A stretch of DNA of 64,000 nucleotides from an uncultured Spirochaetia bacterium. GTDB taxonomy: Bacteria; Oederibacteriota; PGYV01; CAYTNY01. Shown piece after piece: positions 35,261-44,949 of this stretch. The notes beneath the pieces are model-generated. The model did not search any database, was not told where the DNA came from, and saw only the letters and a program-made list of their open reading frames with translations. The position numbers and the translations under genes are program-made. Within the stretch, counting starts at the first letter, position 1, and each line of letters begins with the position of its first letter. The stretch spans positions 33 to 64,032 of the forward strand of contig CAYTNY010000001.1 of the NCBI GenBank assembly GCA_964439215.1, read 5' to 3'.

Positions 35261-35677
35261 TTATGCTTTTTCAAGCGTAAGTGTCTTTTCCTTTTGCCCG
35301 GCCTGTGCTTTATGCTTCAGGTTCGGTATATCAAGAAGTCCGCGTTTCAATTCCATTGTTGTGTTTGTTTCCGCTTCAAGAGCCTTATTCAGATAAAAAA
35401 ACGAATCCCATGGATCAACATCATCACCGCAGGTAAAAAGATCAACCGCCGCATAACCGTATTCAGGCCAGGTATGAATTGCCAGATGAGATTCCGCAAT
35501 CACAACAACACCGGATACTCCGTGCGGATTAAATTTATGAAATACATCATCCACCACTGTCGCTTTAGCAAATTCCGCGGCTCCAATCATTGCCTCTCGG
35601 ATAAATTTTAATTTATTTATTTTTTTTCTGCTGCATCCGTAAAACTCAACCAGAATATGTCTGCCAAGGCTTTTCAA
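35261..35677 (-). CDS. speH: S-adenosylmethionine decarboxylase proenzyme, small prokaryotic SpeH type
   Basis: [12 protein letters not shown] start. Self-processing site context [14 protein letters not shown] (Glu-Ser cleavage). 138 aa. Confidence 0.85.
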   Translation of the reverse strand: MKSLGRHILVEFYGCSRKKINKLKFIREAMIGAAEFAKATVVDDVFHKFNPHGVSGVVVIAESHLAIHTWPEYGYAAVDLFTCGDDVDPWDSFFYLNKALEAETNTTMELKRGLLDIPNLKHKAQAGQKEKTLTLEKA

Positions 35678-35794
35678 TTCATTCCCACCCCCTCTGCTTA
35701 TTTTTTTTTAGTACCAAAGAGTGTGCCTGTTACAGCCGGTCTCTGTATGCTGTCCTTTGCAAAAAGCAAAAAAAATTATAAAAAAGTAACTATA

Positions 35795-35823
35795 TTTATA
35801 CTCTTTCATCCTGTATTTGTCAA
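35795..35823 (-). promoter_or_regulatory. Sigma70-type promoter for speH (TTGACA-17-TATAAA)
   Basis: Minus-strand -35 TTGACA (plus 35818-35823), a 17-nt spacer, and -10 TATAAA (plus 35795-35800). Predicts a ~110-nt leader before the GGGGGTGG RBS. Confidence 0.5.
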
Positions 35824-35833
35824 CTATTTTTTC

Positions 35834-36045
35834 CCGCCTTGAACCTTTATATAGATTGCAGGTTTTATTGCGGCGCCTGATAGAATCGAAATCCTTTTCC
35901 CGCGCATATCGGAGCGCTTAATTCATACCGTTATTTATGTTTTTTGCAGGGCGCGCCCTCTCCAATCATGCTGTCCTTGCCCAAATCTTCTGTTTAATCT
36001 CCGGCTTATATCATACAGTATTCAGCCGCCTTGAACCTTTAAATT
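35834..36045. repeat. Two direct copies of the 19-nt motif ccgccttgaaccttta[t/a]at (35834-35852 and 36027-36045), plus a perfect 12-bp palindrome agggcgcgccct (35948-35959), in the divergent speH/nth control region
   Basis: Seen directly. Copy 1 abuts the -35 of the speH promoter. Copy 2 is ~80 nt upstream of the nth ATG. Confidence 0.5.
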
Positions 36046-36123
36046 TGCGGAGAGTTTTTTACTCTTGCCTCCGGCGTTTTTTTATTATAAACTCAACCTG
36101 CCGGCTGCAAGGAGGAAAAAAAC

Positions 36124-36783
36124 ATGATATCAGGCAAAAACATAGATAAAACCATGAATATCTTAAAAAAAATATCCTCTGCTTATAAACCGCCTGTACT
36201 GGAGCGGTTTGCGTATGATAAAAAAGATCCGTACTGGGTGCTTATACCGTGCCTTTTATCTTTAAGGGCAAGAGATGAAACAACGGCTGTTGTTTCGGAA
36301 AAACTTTTTGCCGCCGCGCCCGCACCTGCCGAAATAATGAAACTGCCGCGCCCCAAACTTGAAAAAATAATTTACAAAAGCGGTTTTTACAGAAACAAAG
36401 CCAAAGCCATACACGAAACAACCAAAATGCTTATAGAAAAATACAGCGGAAAGGTCCCCGACAGCCTTGAAGAACTTTTAAAACTTCCCGGAGTAGGAAG
36501 AAAAACCGCAAATCTCGTTGTGACAGCAGCGTTCAATAAGCCCGGCATCTGCGTTGATACCCATGTCCACAGAATCACCAACCGCTGGGGCTATGTAGAC
36601 ACAAAAAACGCGGATAAAACCGAAATGCGATTAAGAGAAATTCTTCCGAAAAAATACTGGATAAAAATAAACTATCATCTCGTGCTTTTCGGCCAGAACA
36701 TCTGCCTTCCTGTATCCCCTTACTGCTCCCGCTGTCCTCTGCGCGGAATGTGCCCCCAAAAAAACGTCAGAACACCGCGCTGA
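36124..36783 (+). CDS. nth: Endonuclease III (HhH-GPD base-excision DNA glycosylase, FeS cluster loop)
   Basis: HhH motif LKLPGVGRKTANLVV. Catalytic region CVDTHVHRI. C-terminal Cys cluster CLPVSPYCSRCPLRGMC. Confidence 0.85.
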   Translation: MISGKNIDKTMNILKKISSAYKPPVLERFAYDKKDPYWVLIPCLLSLRARDETTAVVSEKLFAAAPAPAEIMKLPRPKLEKIIYKSGFYRNKAKAIHETTKMLIEKYSGKVPDSLEELLKLPGVGRKTANLVVTAAFNKPGICVDTHVHRITNRWGYVDTKNADKTEMRLREILPKKYWIKINYHLVLFGQNICLPVSPYCSRCPLRGMCPQKNVRTPR

Positions 36784-36789
36784 ACCGGC

Positions 36790-37308
36790 TCAGATCTTTT
36801 TAAAGGTATACGTTTTCTTTCCTCTTTCAAAAAAATCAAAAAGGTTTCCGGCAAGCACCGCTTTTCTTATTTCGCCGTCGTTCATATGATGATCGCTGAA
36901 CGAAAATCTTCCGTCAGGTTTCATGACTCTGTATATTTCATCAAGAACCTGTCTTTTATTCTCCAGAAGATGAAAAACATCATACAACAGCACTCTGTCA
37001 ACGGAAGAATCAGGCAGCCCCGCGGCACAGGAAGACTCTATGACAAAGACATTGGGTTTGCCCGCGGTCCTTTTTTTTATAAATGCGGCCGCTTCAGGAT
37101 CACTGTCAAGCGCATAGACTTTCCCTCCGCTCCCGACGATTCCGGCTGCCGCAGCGGCAAAACTTCCGGTTCCCGCGCCGAAATCAAGCACGCTCATTCC
37201 TTTATCGAGTGCAGCCTCTTTCAGTGTTTTTTTCGGCGGCGAGAAAATGTCCCTTACTCCGAAAAATACAGCTTTCACCATAAAAAATTTCCTCTTTTTC
37301 CCTTTCAT
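36790..37308 (-). CDS. Class I SAM-dependent methyltransferase (small, substrate unknown)
   Basis: Motif I VLDFGAGTGSFAAAAAG. 172 aa. Confidence 0.7.
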   Translation of the reverse strand: MKGKKRKFFMVKAVFFGVRDIFSPPKKTLKEAALDKGMSVLDFGAGTGSFAAAAAGIVGSGGKVYALDSDPEAAAFIKKRTAGKPNVFVIESSCAAGLPDSSVDRVLLYDVFHLLENKRQVLDEIYRVMKPDGRFSFSDHHMNDGEIRKAVLAGNLFDFFERGKKTYTFKKI

Positions 37309-37321
37309 TCAGGAGACCTCC

Positions 37322-39070
37322 TTATTTTTTCTCCCGCGCCAAACCGGCGCTTTCCTCTCCGAATTCCATATCCGCCACTTCAAGTATAAGGTTTTCAGAA
37401 CCCTGCCATTCATTTATACCCGGATAAAAAACAACATCCGCGCCGCGCCCTTTTCGGACCGCTGTTTTGTGTTCTTCTTTGCATCCAAACATTATAAAAT
37501 TATAGTACCGCCGGCCGTGTTTTGCGTAGAATTTTATTGTATTGTTCCTGAAATGCTTCACATCCATGATCATAACTGACCGCAGACAGAACAAAGGACG
37601 CGGATTTCCTTCACCCCACGGCTGCAGTTTTTCAAATATCCTTACATCCTTTATATCAATTATTTCATTGATTTCCGCGTCAATATATATTTTTTTCTCA
37701 AAATCTTCGGTTAAATATCTTTTTTTTACATATTCATTTATCATTTCCCGGAATCTGTCAATATTTTCTTCTTTCAGACAAACTCCGGCCGCGAGTTTAT
37801 GTCCGCCGTATTTTTCCAGAACGCCTTCGCAGGCTTTCAGGCACTCATAGATATTTACCGCCGGAACACTTCTTGCGCTTCCGTGCACCAGGCCGTCCTC
37901 TCCCATAGTCAATACAAAAACAGGCCTGTCAAATCTGTTAAGTACCTTTGAAGCCGTCAGCCCCACTATGCCGGAATTCCAGGACCTGTCAAAAAGCACT
38001 ATCACAAAATCTTTTTCAGGATCAAAAACATCGGCAATCTTTTCCATCGCCTGCTCTTCGGCAAGTTTGGCCGCGCTCTTTCTCTCTTCGTTTATTCTGT
38101 TTAAATCCTGCGCCGCGTTTTTTATAAGCTCTTCATCTTCTCCGATAAAAAGTTCAACAGCTTTTTTTGCATGCTCAAGCCTTCCTGCCGCGTTTATCCG
38201 CGGACCCAGAACAAATCCCAGATGATAAGCATTAACCGGCTTTCCTTCTTTCATTCCCGCCGCTTCTTTAAGGGCTCTAAGGCCTCTGTTGGAGGCAAAT
38301 TCCATTTTTTTCATCCCTCTTGCGGATATTGTCCTGTTTTCCGCTGTCAGCGGAACTACATCCGCAATGGTCCCCAGGGCCGCGAAATCAACAAATTCAT
38401 CCCTTATATCAATCCCCTTTTTTTCGGCAAGAGCGCAGACAAGCTTGTAGGCCACACCCGCGCCGCTGAGTTCCTTTTCCGGATATCTTTCGGAATATTT
38501 CGGATTAATTATCGCGGCGGCTTTATCAGGTATTGTTTTTTCCCCGGGCATATGATGATCCGTCACTATCACATCAACTCCGCTGTCCCGGCAGAATGCC
38601 ACATCGTCTTTTGATGTTATTCCGCAGTCAACCGTTATTATCAGTTTTGCCCCTTCATTTATTATTTTTTCCGCGGCGTCCCTGTTCATGCCGTAGCCTT
38701 CATCGTGTCTGCCGGGTATGTAAAAATGAATATTATCAGCATTTAAATAATCCCTGAAAAAAAGATAAAGTATGGCGATGGATGTCACTCCGTCAACATC
38801 ATAATCCCCGTAGATCACGATCTTTTCTTTTTTCAAAACAGCTTTTAATATCCTGTCCGCCGCTCTGTTCATTTCCTCAAACAAAAACGGACTGTTAAGC
38901 GGCGCATCCGCAATCTCAAGCATTTCCCGGGCTTTTTCAGCTGTTGTTATTTCCCGGTTAATCAGCGCGCTTATAATGTATGCCGGAAGTTTCAGTTCTT
39001 CCGCAAGTTTCTCCGCCGCTCCCTCCGGCGCAGCACTGTCTGTAATTATCCATTTCATAATAAACCGCAT
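37322..39070 (-). CDS. recJ: Single-stranded-DNA-specific exonuclease RecJ
   Basis: DHH motifs (IYGDYDVDGVTS; VIVTDHH), a DHHA1 region, and a C-terminal OB-fold-like region. 582 aa. Confidence 0.85.
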   Translation of the reverse strand: MRFIMKWIITDSAAPEGAAEKLAEELKLPAYIISALINREITTAEKAREMLEIADAPLNSPFLFEEMNRAADRILKAVLKKEKIVIYGDYDVDGVTSIAILYLFFRDYLNADNIHFYIPGRHDEGYGMNRDAAEKIINEGAKLIITVDCGITSKDDVAFCRDSGVDVIVTDHHMPGEKTIPDKAAAIINPKYSERYPEKELSGAGVAYKLVCALAEKKGIDIRDEFVDFAALGTIADVVPLTAENRTISARGMKKMEFASNRGLRALKEAAGMKEGKPVNAYHLGFVLGPRINAAGRLEHAKKAVELFIGEDEELIKNAAQDLNRINEERKSAAKLAEEQAMEKIADVFDPEKDFVIVLFDRSWNSGIVGLTASKVLNRFDRPVFVLTMGEDGLVHGSARSVPAVNIYECLKACEGVLEKYGGHKLAAGVCLKEENIDRFREMINEYVKKRYLTEDFEKKIYIDAEINEIIDIKDVRIFEKLQPWGEGNPRPLFCLRSVMIMDVKHFRNNTIKFYAKHGRRYYNFIMFGCKEEHKTAVRKGRGADVVFYPGINEWQGSENLILEVADMEFGEESAGLAREKK

Positions 39071-39123
39071 CTCCCTGCACAGTGTTTTTTTTGCCGCCGC
39101 CCGGGGCCCGGGCTCCCCGTCAT

Positions 39124-40002
39124 TTATATTTCAAACAGTTCATCCGTGAATTTCCGGGCGGAAAATTCTTCAATATCGGCGGAAGTTTCACCAAAAGTAA
39201 TGTACTTAACGGGAAGGTTCAGTCCTGAGCGTATGCCTATAACGCTTCCGCCTTTTGCGGAACTGTCAAATTTCGTAAGCACGATCCCGCTTAATTTTAT
39301 ACAGGCGTTAAATTCTTTTGCCTGCATATAGGCGTTTTTTCCGGTATTCGCGTCAATAATTATATATGCGTCAATATTTTCCTCCGCCACTTCTCTCATT
39401 GCTATTTTTTTTATTTTTTCAAGCTCCTGCATAAGATTTTTCTTTGTATGCAGTCTTCCGGCAGTGTCCACTATAAGCAGGTCCGCCCGGTCTTTTTTCG
39501 CTTTCATAACAGCGTCATACACAACAGAGGCCGGATCCGCATTTTCCATGCCGCTTATAAGTTCAACTCCCAGTTTTTCCGCCCATGAAGCAAGCTGCTG
39601 TATTGCCGCCGCCCTGAAAGTATCCGCCGCCGCAAACATTACTTTTTTTCCTTTTTTCTTAAAAAGCCATGCCAGTTTCGCGGCAGTACTGGTTTTTCCG
39701 CTCCCGTTTATTCCGGTAAGAAGCAGAATATGCAGCGGTGCTTTTATTTCCAGTCCGGCTCCATCATGAGAAAGTTTTTTTTCAAATTCTTTTTTCAGGA
39801 ACCCGGCCGCTTCTTCATAAGTTTTAAGTTTGTTTTTTTCAAGCAGTTCTGACATTTCATCCACTATATCCATGTCTATGTCCGCGCTTATAAGCAGCTC
39901 TTCAAGTTCATCCAGATATTCTTTAATATCCCCTCTGTCAAAAAAAGATTTAATCTTCCCGAGAAATGATCTTGGCCGGGAAAATTTATCAGTTTTGGTC
40001 AT
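39124..40002 (-). CDS. ftsY: Signal recognition particle receptor FtsY (short, NG-domain form)
   Basis: GTPase motifs LLLTGINGSGKTSTAAKLA and DTAGRLH. 292 aa. Downstream of smc as in Bacillus. Confidence 0.9.
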   Translation of the reverse strand: MTKTDKFSRPRSFLGKIKSFFDRGDIKEYLDELEELLISADIDMDIVDEMSELLEKNKLKTYEEAAGFLKKEFEKKLSHDGAGLEIKAPLHILLLTGINGSGKTSTAAKLAWLFKKKGKKVMFAAADTFRAAAIQQLASWAEKLGVELISGMENADPASVVYDAVMKAKKDRADLLIVDTAGRLHTKKNLMQELEKIKKIAMREVAEENIDAYIIIDANTGKNAYMQAKEFNACIKLSGIVLTKFDSSAKGGSVIGIRSGLNLPVKYITFGETSADIEEFSARKFTDELFEI

Positions 40003-43000
40003 TGTCCCCGCCCTTTACCGGCTCCGCCGCCTCACCGGCTCCGGATGCATCGCTTTTATTGCTCCGTTTTTCTGCATCCGTGTTATTTTCTTCTGTTTTT
40101 TCCGGGCCTGCGGCTCCGGTATTTTCCGCGGAGCCTTCTGCCGCGGCATCCGTCTGCCGTTCACCGGAAGTACTGAATCCCTCCAGTCTTTCTTTTTTCA
40201 CCTTTTTCTCATCCATTTCCTTTTTATCCGCGGGTTTTTTCTCTTTCCCGTCCAGTTTCACTGATATGATCTTTGAAACTCCGGCTTTTTCCATGGAAAC
40301 TCCGTAAAGCACGTCCGCTGTTTCCATTGTTATCTTATTATGGGAAATTATTATAAACTGAGTTATGTCATTGAAGCTCTTTACCAGATTGGTAAATCTG
40401 ACAACATTAATATCATCAAGCGCCGCGTCAATCTCGTCCATTACGCAGAAAGGGCTTGCTTTTGTCAGAAACAGGGAAAATAAAAGGGATATTGCGGTTA
40501 TTGCCTTTTCCCCGCCGGAAAGCAGGGTTATATTCTGAAGTTTTTTGCCCGGCGGCCTGGCTATAATATCTATTCCGGATTCCAGTATATTGTCCCTGTC
40601 AATCAGTATAAGATCCGCCTCTCCGCCGTTCATCATTTTCCTGAAAACCTCGGAAAACTTTCCTCTTATTTCATCAAAAGCCTTCTCAAAAAGCGCTTTT
40701 GACTCTTCATTTGTTTTTCTTATTACTTTCTGAAGGTTTGAGCGCGCCGATGCCAGGTCATCATACTGTGACTGAAGAAATTCATTTCTTTCTTTAAGTT
40801 CATTATATTCTTCTATCGCCACAAGGTTTATAACTCCGAGCTTATCCATCTTTTCTTTTTTTTCTTCCGCGTTCATTTTCAGTTCCCTGTACTGCTCCTC
40901 ATCCATTCCTTCGCTTTCAATCTGCTCCTCGCGGGCCTTCACTTTGAATTCTTCTTCCAGTTTTTCTTCAAGAGCCCTTATGTCAACCGAAAGTTCGTTC
41001 ATTACCACTTTCAGTTCATACTGCTGTTCTTTGAGCCGGTCCCTTTCCCTGCCCATTTCTTTTATATACTTTTCAAGTCCGTCCATCTCTTTTTTAAAAC
41101 CTTCAAATTCAATTCTGCTTTGATTCCACGCGTCCTCGTCACCGCTGAGCGTATTTTTATCTTCATTTATTCTGTTTTCGCTTTCCTGCCGCTCCTGCCG
41201 GCTTTCGGATATTTTTATTTTCAGACTTTCAATTTCTTTGCCGGTATTTTCATAGAACGCCTCTATTTCCCCCAGCCTGTTTTCAAGCGTCTTTTTATTG
41301 TTTAATTCCATTTCATATTCGTTTTTCGCGGTAAGAAACTCCATCCTTTTTTCTTCAAGATTTCTATTGAGCCCCTGCAGTTCTTCCTCTGCCCGGGCAA
41401 TGCCTTCCTCCGCGTTTTCCGCCAGTTCCAGGACCCGCTGTTTTTCGTCTTTTTTCTTTCCGGACAGCTCCTGTATGCCGGCTATACGCTCTGACTTTTC
41501 CTCTTTTTCCTTTATAAGTTCTTTTTTCTGTACGTCCAGATTCTTAACTGTTTCTTTTACAAAAATACGCTCTTCTTCTTTCTGTTTGATCCTCTCATCG
41601 TCCTTGACAACCTCAACATACCTGCTGTGAAACAGCGTGGACAGCCTCTCTATTTCGGATTCTATTTCAAATATTTTTCTCTCCTGGCGGACAAATTCCT
41701 CTTCAACAGCGCCCTGTTTTTCCCGCGCAGCCATTATTTCATTTTTTATTTCACTGATCTCCCTTTCCCTGCTTAAAAAACCTTCGCCTGCCCCGGCTCC
41801 TGCTCCGGCTCTTGAATAATATCCCCGATTGGAAATAAATTCTCCCTGCTGCGTTAAAATATAGTATTCCTCGTCCGAATTCCCGTCACGGATTATCTCA
41901 AACGCCTTTTCCAGATTTTCACAGGTAAATATATTGTAAAAAAGCGCTTTCAGCGGGGTATATTTTTCCTCTACAGTTATCATATCCGGAAGGTACCCCG
42001 TAATATTTCTATGAGCGGCCTTTTTTCGTCCGGATTCAAGAACCGCCTCTCCGGAAAAAGAGGAATCAAAAAGCGAGATCCTGCCCTTGGCGTCCGCATA
42101 CCTGGTGAATATATCCTTTACCACGCCTTTATCATTTATTATAACGGTCTGCAGGACATCCGAAAGTGTTTTCTCAACGGCTTTTTCATACGTTTTTTCA
42201 ACACTTATAAGGTTACCGACCGCGTCAATTATCCTTTCACCGCCGGATTCTGTGTTTTCCTTTTTAAAATCCGTCAGAACTTTTCTTACTATTTCCCCGT
42301 ATCCTTCAAGTTTTTCATGCATCTGCTTAAGGAATCCATACCTGGATTCCATACGCCCGATATCCATTTCCAGATCCTTCAGCATTGAATCTGTCCGTTT
42401 CTTTGTTTCGTTCTTTAAGATCTTTTCTTTAATTAAACGTGTTTCCCTTCCTTTTATATCTTCTATTTCATCTTTTTTTACGCCTCTGTTCTCGGTTATC
42501 TGCTTTAATTCATTTTCAATAAAAATTTCTTTTTCTCCGGCGTATTTTGCGTCAGCTTCATTCTTCTGAAGTTTTTCATCCAGCGTTTTCAGTGCTATTT
42601 CCTGCTCAACCAGATTATTATTAAGTGTGTTTATTTCTTTATTCAGCTCTTCAACAGCTCTCAGTTTAACGTCTTTTTCGCTCCTGCGGGCCTCAAGACC
42701 CTGTTCAAATTCAGATACTTTAAGGGTCAGGCCCTCAATTTCCGTGTTTTTCCCGTCTATTTCGCGCTGTTTAACATCCAGCACTTCATTTTTTTCCGAG
42801 ATTTCAATCCTGATCCGTTCAATTTTGCCCGCATTATCCACATTTTCATTTTTCAGCTCCTCAACCCGCTGGCTCAGTTCAGCGTACCTCTGGGAAAGAA
42901 ATTTAAGATTATCTTCAAGCCTCTTTATTTCCTGCTGTTTAATAAGAAAACGCTCCCTTTTTTCATTTATATCTTTTTCTTTCTGAAGCGAAAGTATTTT

Positions 43001-43816
43001 CATTTCTTCATGTTTCATTTCATGCGTGGAAAGCTTTGTGTTTTCTTCCTCTATTTTTTCGTCAACACTCTTTTTTTCGCCCTCAACATTTCTGTACTTG
43101 GAATTTTTTTTCTTTATATCCCTGAACAGGAGCCTTACCGCTATATCGCTCCATTCTTCCTTAAGAACTTTATACTTTTCGGCTTTTTTCGCCTGCCTCT
43201 CAAGCGATGCCGCCTGCCGTTTGACTTCAACAAGTATGTCGTTTATCCTCAGCATATTCTGTTCGGTCGCTTCAAGCCTTCTTAACGCTTCATCTCTTTT
43301 CTTTATGTACTTTGTTATACCCGCGGCTTCTTCAAATATTTCCCTTCTCTGCTCGGGTTTTGTATTTATTATCCTGTCCACTTCGCCCTGGCTTATCACG
43401 GAATAGGAATCAATACCCACTCCCGTATCCATAAAAAGCTCCACTATATCCTTGAGTCTTACGGGATTTTCATTTATAAAATATTCGCTCTCTCCGGACC
43501 TGTAAAGTCTTCTGGTGACCTTTACTTCGGTATAATCCATATTTATGGTTTTCTCGGAATTATCAAGCGTTATGGATACTTCCGCCATACCCAGCGTCTT
43601 GCGGTCGTCAGACCCCACAAATATAACATCTTCCATCCTGCTGCCCCTTAAGGACTTCGGACTCTGCGTTCCGAGCACCCATTTCACGGCGTCAAATATA
43701 TTGCTTTTCCCGGAACCGTTCGGACCCACAACAATGGTTATTCCGCCGCCGAATTTCAGGCGCGTTTTATCAGCAAAAGATTTAAAACCAAAAAGTTCAA
43801 GTTCTTTAAATTTCAA
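39989..43816 (-). CDS. smc: Chromosome condensation/segregation ATPase SMC, with an unusual ~90-aa acidic low-complexity C-terminal extension
   Basis: N-terminal Walker A GPNGSGKSNIFDAVKWVLG. Long coiled-coils with a hinge. C-terminal signature LSGGEKAITAISLLFSLF and a Walker B. Tail sequence DEKKVKKERLEGF...GGDNDQN overlaps the ftsY start. Confidence 0.9.
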   Translation of the reverse strand: MKFKELELFGFKSFADKTRLKFGGGITIVVGPNGSGKSNIFDAVKWVLGTQSPKSLRGSRMEDVIFVGSDDRKTLGMAEVSITLDNSEKTINMDYTEVKVTRRLYRSGESEYFINENPVRLKDIVELFMDTGVGIDSYSVISQGEVDRIINTKPEQRREIFEEAAGITKYIKKRDEALRRLEATEQNMLRINDILVEVKRQAASLERQAKKAEKYKVLKEEWSDIAVRLLFRDIKKKNSKYRNVEGEKKSVDEKIEEENTKLSTHEMKHEEMKILSLQKEKDINEKRERFLIKQQEIKRLEDNLKFLSQRYAELSQRVEELKNENVDNAGKIERIRIEISEKNEVLDVKQREIDGKNTEIEGLTLKVSEFEQGLEARRSEKDVKLRAVEELNKEINTLNNNLVEQEIALKTLDEKLQKNEADAKYAGEKEIFIENELKQITENRGVKKDEIEDIKGRETRLIKEKILKNETKKRTDSMLKDLEMDIGRMESRYGFLKQMHEKLEGYGEIVRKVLTDFKKENTESGGERIIDAVGNLISVEKTYEKAVEKTLSDVLQTVIINDKGVVKDIFTRYADAKGRISLFDSSFSGEAVLESGRKKAAHRNITGYLPDMITVEEKYTPLKALFYNIFTCENLEKAFEIIRDGNSDEEYYILTQQGEFISNRGYYSRAGAGAGAGEGFLSREREISEIKNEIMAAREKQGAVEEEFVRQERKIFEIESEIERLSTLFHSRYVEVVKDDERIKQKEEERIFVKETVKNLDVQKKELIKEKEEKSERIAGIQELSGKKKDEKQRVLELAENAEEGIARAEEELQGLNRNLEEKRMEFLTAKNEYEMELNNKKTLENRLGEIEAFYENTGKEIESLKIKISESRQERQESENRINEDKNTLSGDEDAWNQSRIEFEGFKKEMDGLEKYIKEMGRERDRLKEQQYELKVVMNELSVDIRALEEKLEEEFKVKAREEQIESEGMDEEQYRELKMNAEEKKEKMDKLGVINLVAIEEYNELKERNEFLQSQYDDLASARSNLQKVIRKTNEESKALFEKAFDEIRGKFSEVFRKMMNGGEADLILIDRDNILESGIDIIARPPGKKLQNITLLSGGEKAITAISLLFSLFLTKASPFCVMDEIDAALDDINVVRFTNLVKSFNDITQFIIISHNKITMETADVLYGVSMEKAGVSKIISVKLDGKEKKPADKKEMDEKKVKKERLEGFSTSGERQTDAAAEGSAENTGAAGPEKTEENNTDAEKRSNKSDASGAGEAAEPVKGGDNDQN

Positions 43817-44923
43817 TTATATTCTCCCGAAATATTTTTTAAATGCTCTGCTTATTTTTTCAATATCATCTCTGTTCAGGCCGGGATGAACCGGCAGGCT
43901 TATAACTTCCCGCGATGCCTTTTCCGCCTCCGGGAACGCCGCGTTTTTCCCCGCAAACTTCCTGAATACAGGCTGTTTATGCAGAGGCACGGGATAAAAT
44001 ACCTTGGCTCCTATTTTTTCGGCATTGAGATGTTTTAAAAGACTGCCGCGCCTGCCTTTTTTCACCCTGACTGTAAACTGATGAAAAATATGCCGGCATC
44101 CTTTCTGTTCTTTCGGTGTTATTATACTGTCATATTCAGCGAATGCTTCTGTTAACACAGCCGCGTTCTTTCTTCTTTTTGCGTTAAATCCGTCAAGCTT
44201 TTTCAGCTGCTCCAGCCCTATTGCCGCCTCAATATCCGTGGTGCGGTAGTTGTAGCCTATATGCGTATGGTAATACATATTTTTCATTCCGTGGTTTATA
44301 AACTGTCTTGCTGTTCTTTCCGGGCCCCTGCTCTTAAAAATAACCATTCCGCCTTCCGAAGACGTCATATTTTTCGTCGCGTACATTGAAAATGCCGCCG
44401 CATCCCCGAACTGCCCCGCTTTTTTCCCTTTATAAACCGCGCCATGCGCCTGCGCCGCATCTTCTATTACTTTCACGCCGTACCTTCGGGCCGTTTTCAT
44501 TATCTCATCCATTTTACATATCTGTCCGTAAAGATGTACAACAACCACGGCTTTTATTTTTCTTTTTTTGTCTTTTTTCAGAGCCTGCTCCAGCGCATCG
44601 GGGGATATATTAAAACTTTCTTCTTCAATATCCGCAAAAACAGGCGAGGCGCCCGAATGAATTATTGAACTTGCCGTTGCAAAAAAGGTAAAAGGTGTTG
44701 TTAAAACCATATCGCCCCTTCCTATACCGAGGGCATAAAGAGCTGTATGCAGGGCGCACGTCCCGTTTGCCGCGGCAACCGCGCTTTTTGCTCCCTGATA
44801 AGAAGCGAACTTTCTCTCAAATTCCTTCACAACAGGGCCCGATGCGATGATCCCCGAATCAAGCACTTTTTTTACCGCCTGCTTTTCCTCTTTGCCTATT
44901 AACGGCCTTGAAATTGGAAGCAT
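43817..44923 (-). CDS. DegT/DnrJ/EryC1/StrS-family PLP-dependent sugar aminotransferase
   Basis: N-terminus PLIGKEEKQAVKKVLDSGIIASGPVVKEFE. PLP-lysine context FSMYATKNMTSSEGGMV. Zero-gap junction with smc. 26 nt after lpxI. Confidence 0.8.
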   Translation of the reverse strand: MLPISRPLIGKEEKQAVKKVLDSGIIASGPVVKEFERKFASYQGAKSAVAAANGTCALHTALYALGIGRGDMVLTTPFTFFATASSIIHSGASPVFADIEEESFNISPDALEQALKKDKKRKIKAVVVVHLYGQICKMDEIMKTARRYGVKVIEDAAQAHGAVYKGKKAGQFGDAAAFSMYATKNMTSSEGGMVIFKSRGPERTARQFINHGMKNMYYHTHIGYNYRTTDIEAAIGLEQLKKLDGFNAKRRKNAAVLTEAFAEYDSIITPKEQKGCRHIFHQFTVRVKKGRRGSLLKHLNAEKIGAKVFYPVPLHKQPVFRKFAGKNAAFPEAEKASREVISLPVHPGLNRDDIEKISRAFKKYFGRI

Positions 44924-44949
44924 ACCATTCTCCTTATGAATGTTTTTTA

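Noticed and set aside
35948-35959. agggcgcgccct palindrome as a restriction-modification signal
   Set aside because: It is a single occurrence in a promoter region, more likely a regulator site. No RM genes nearby.
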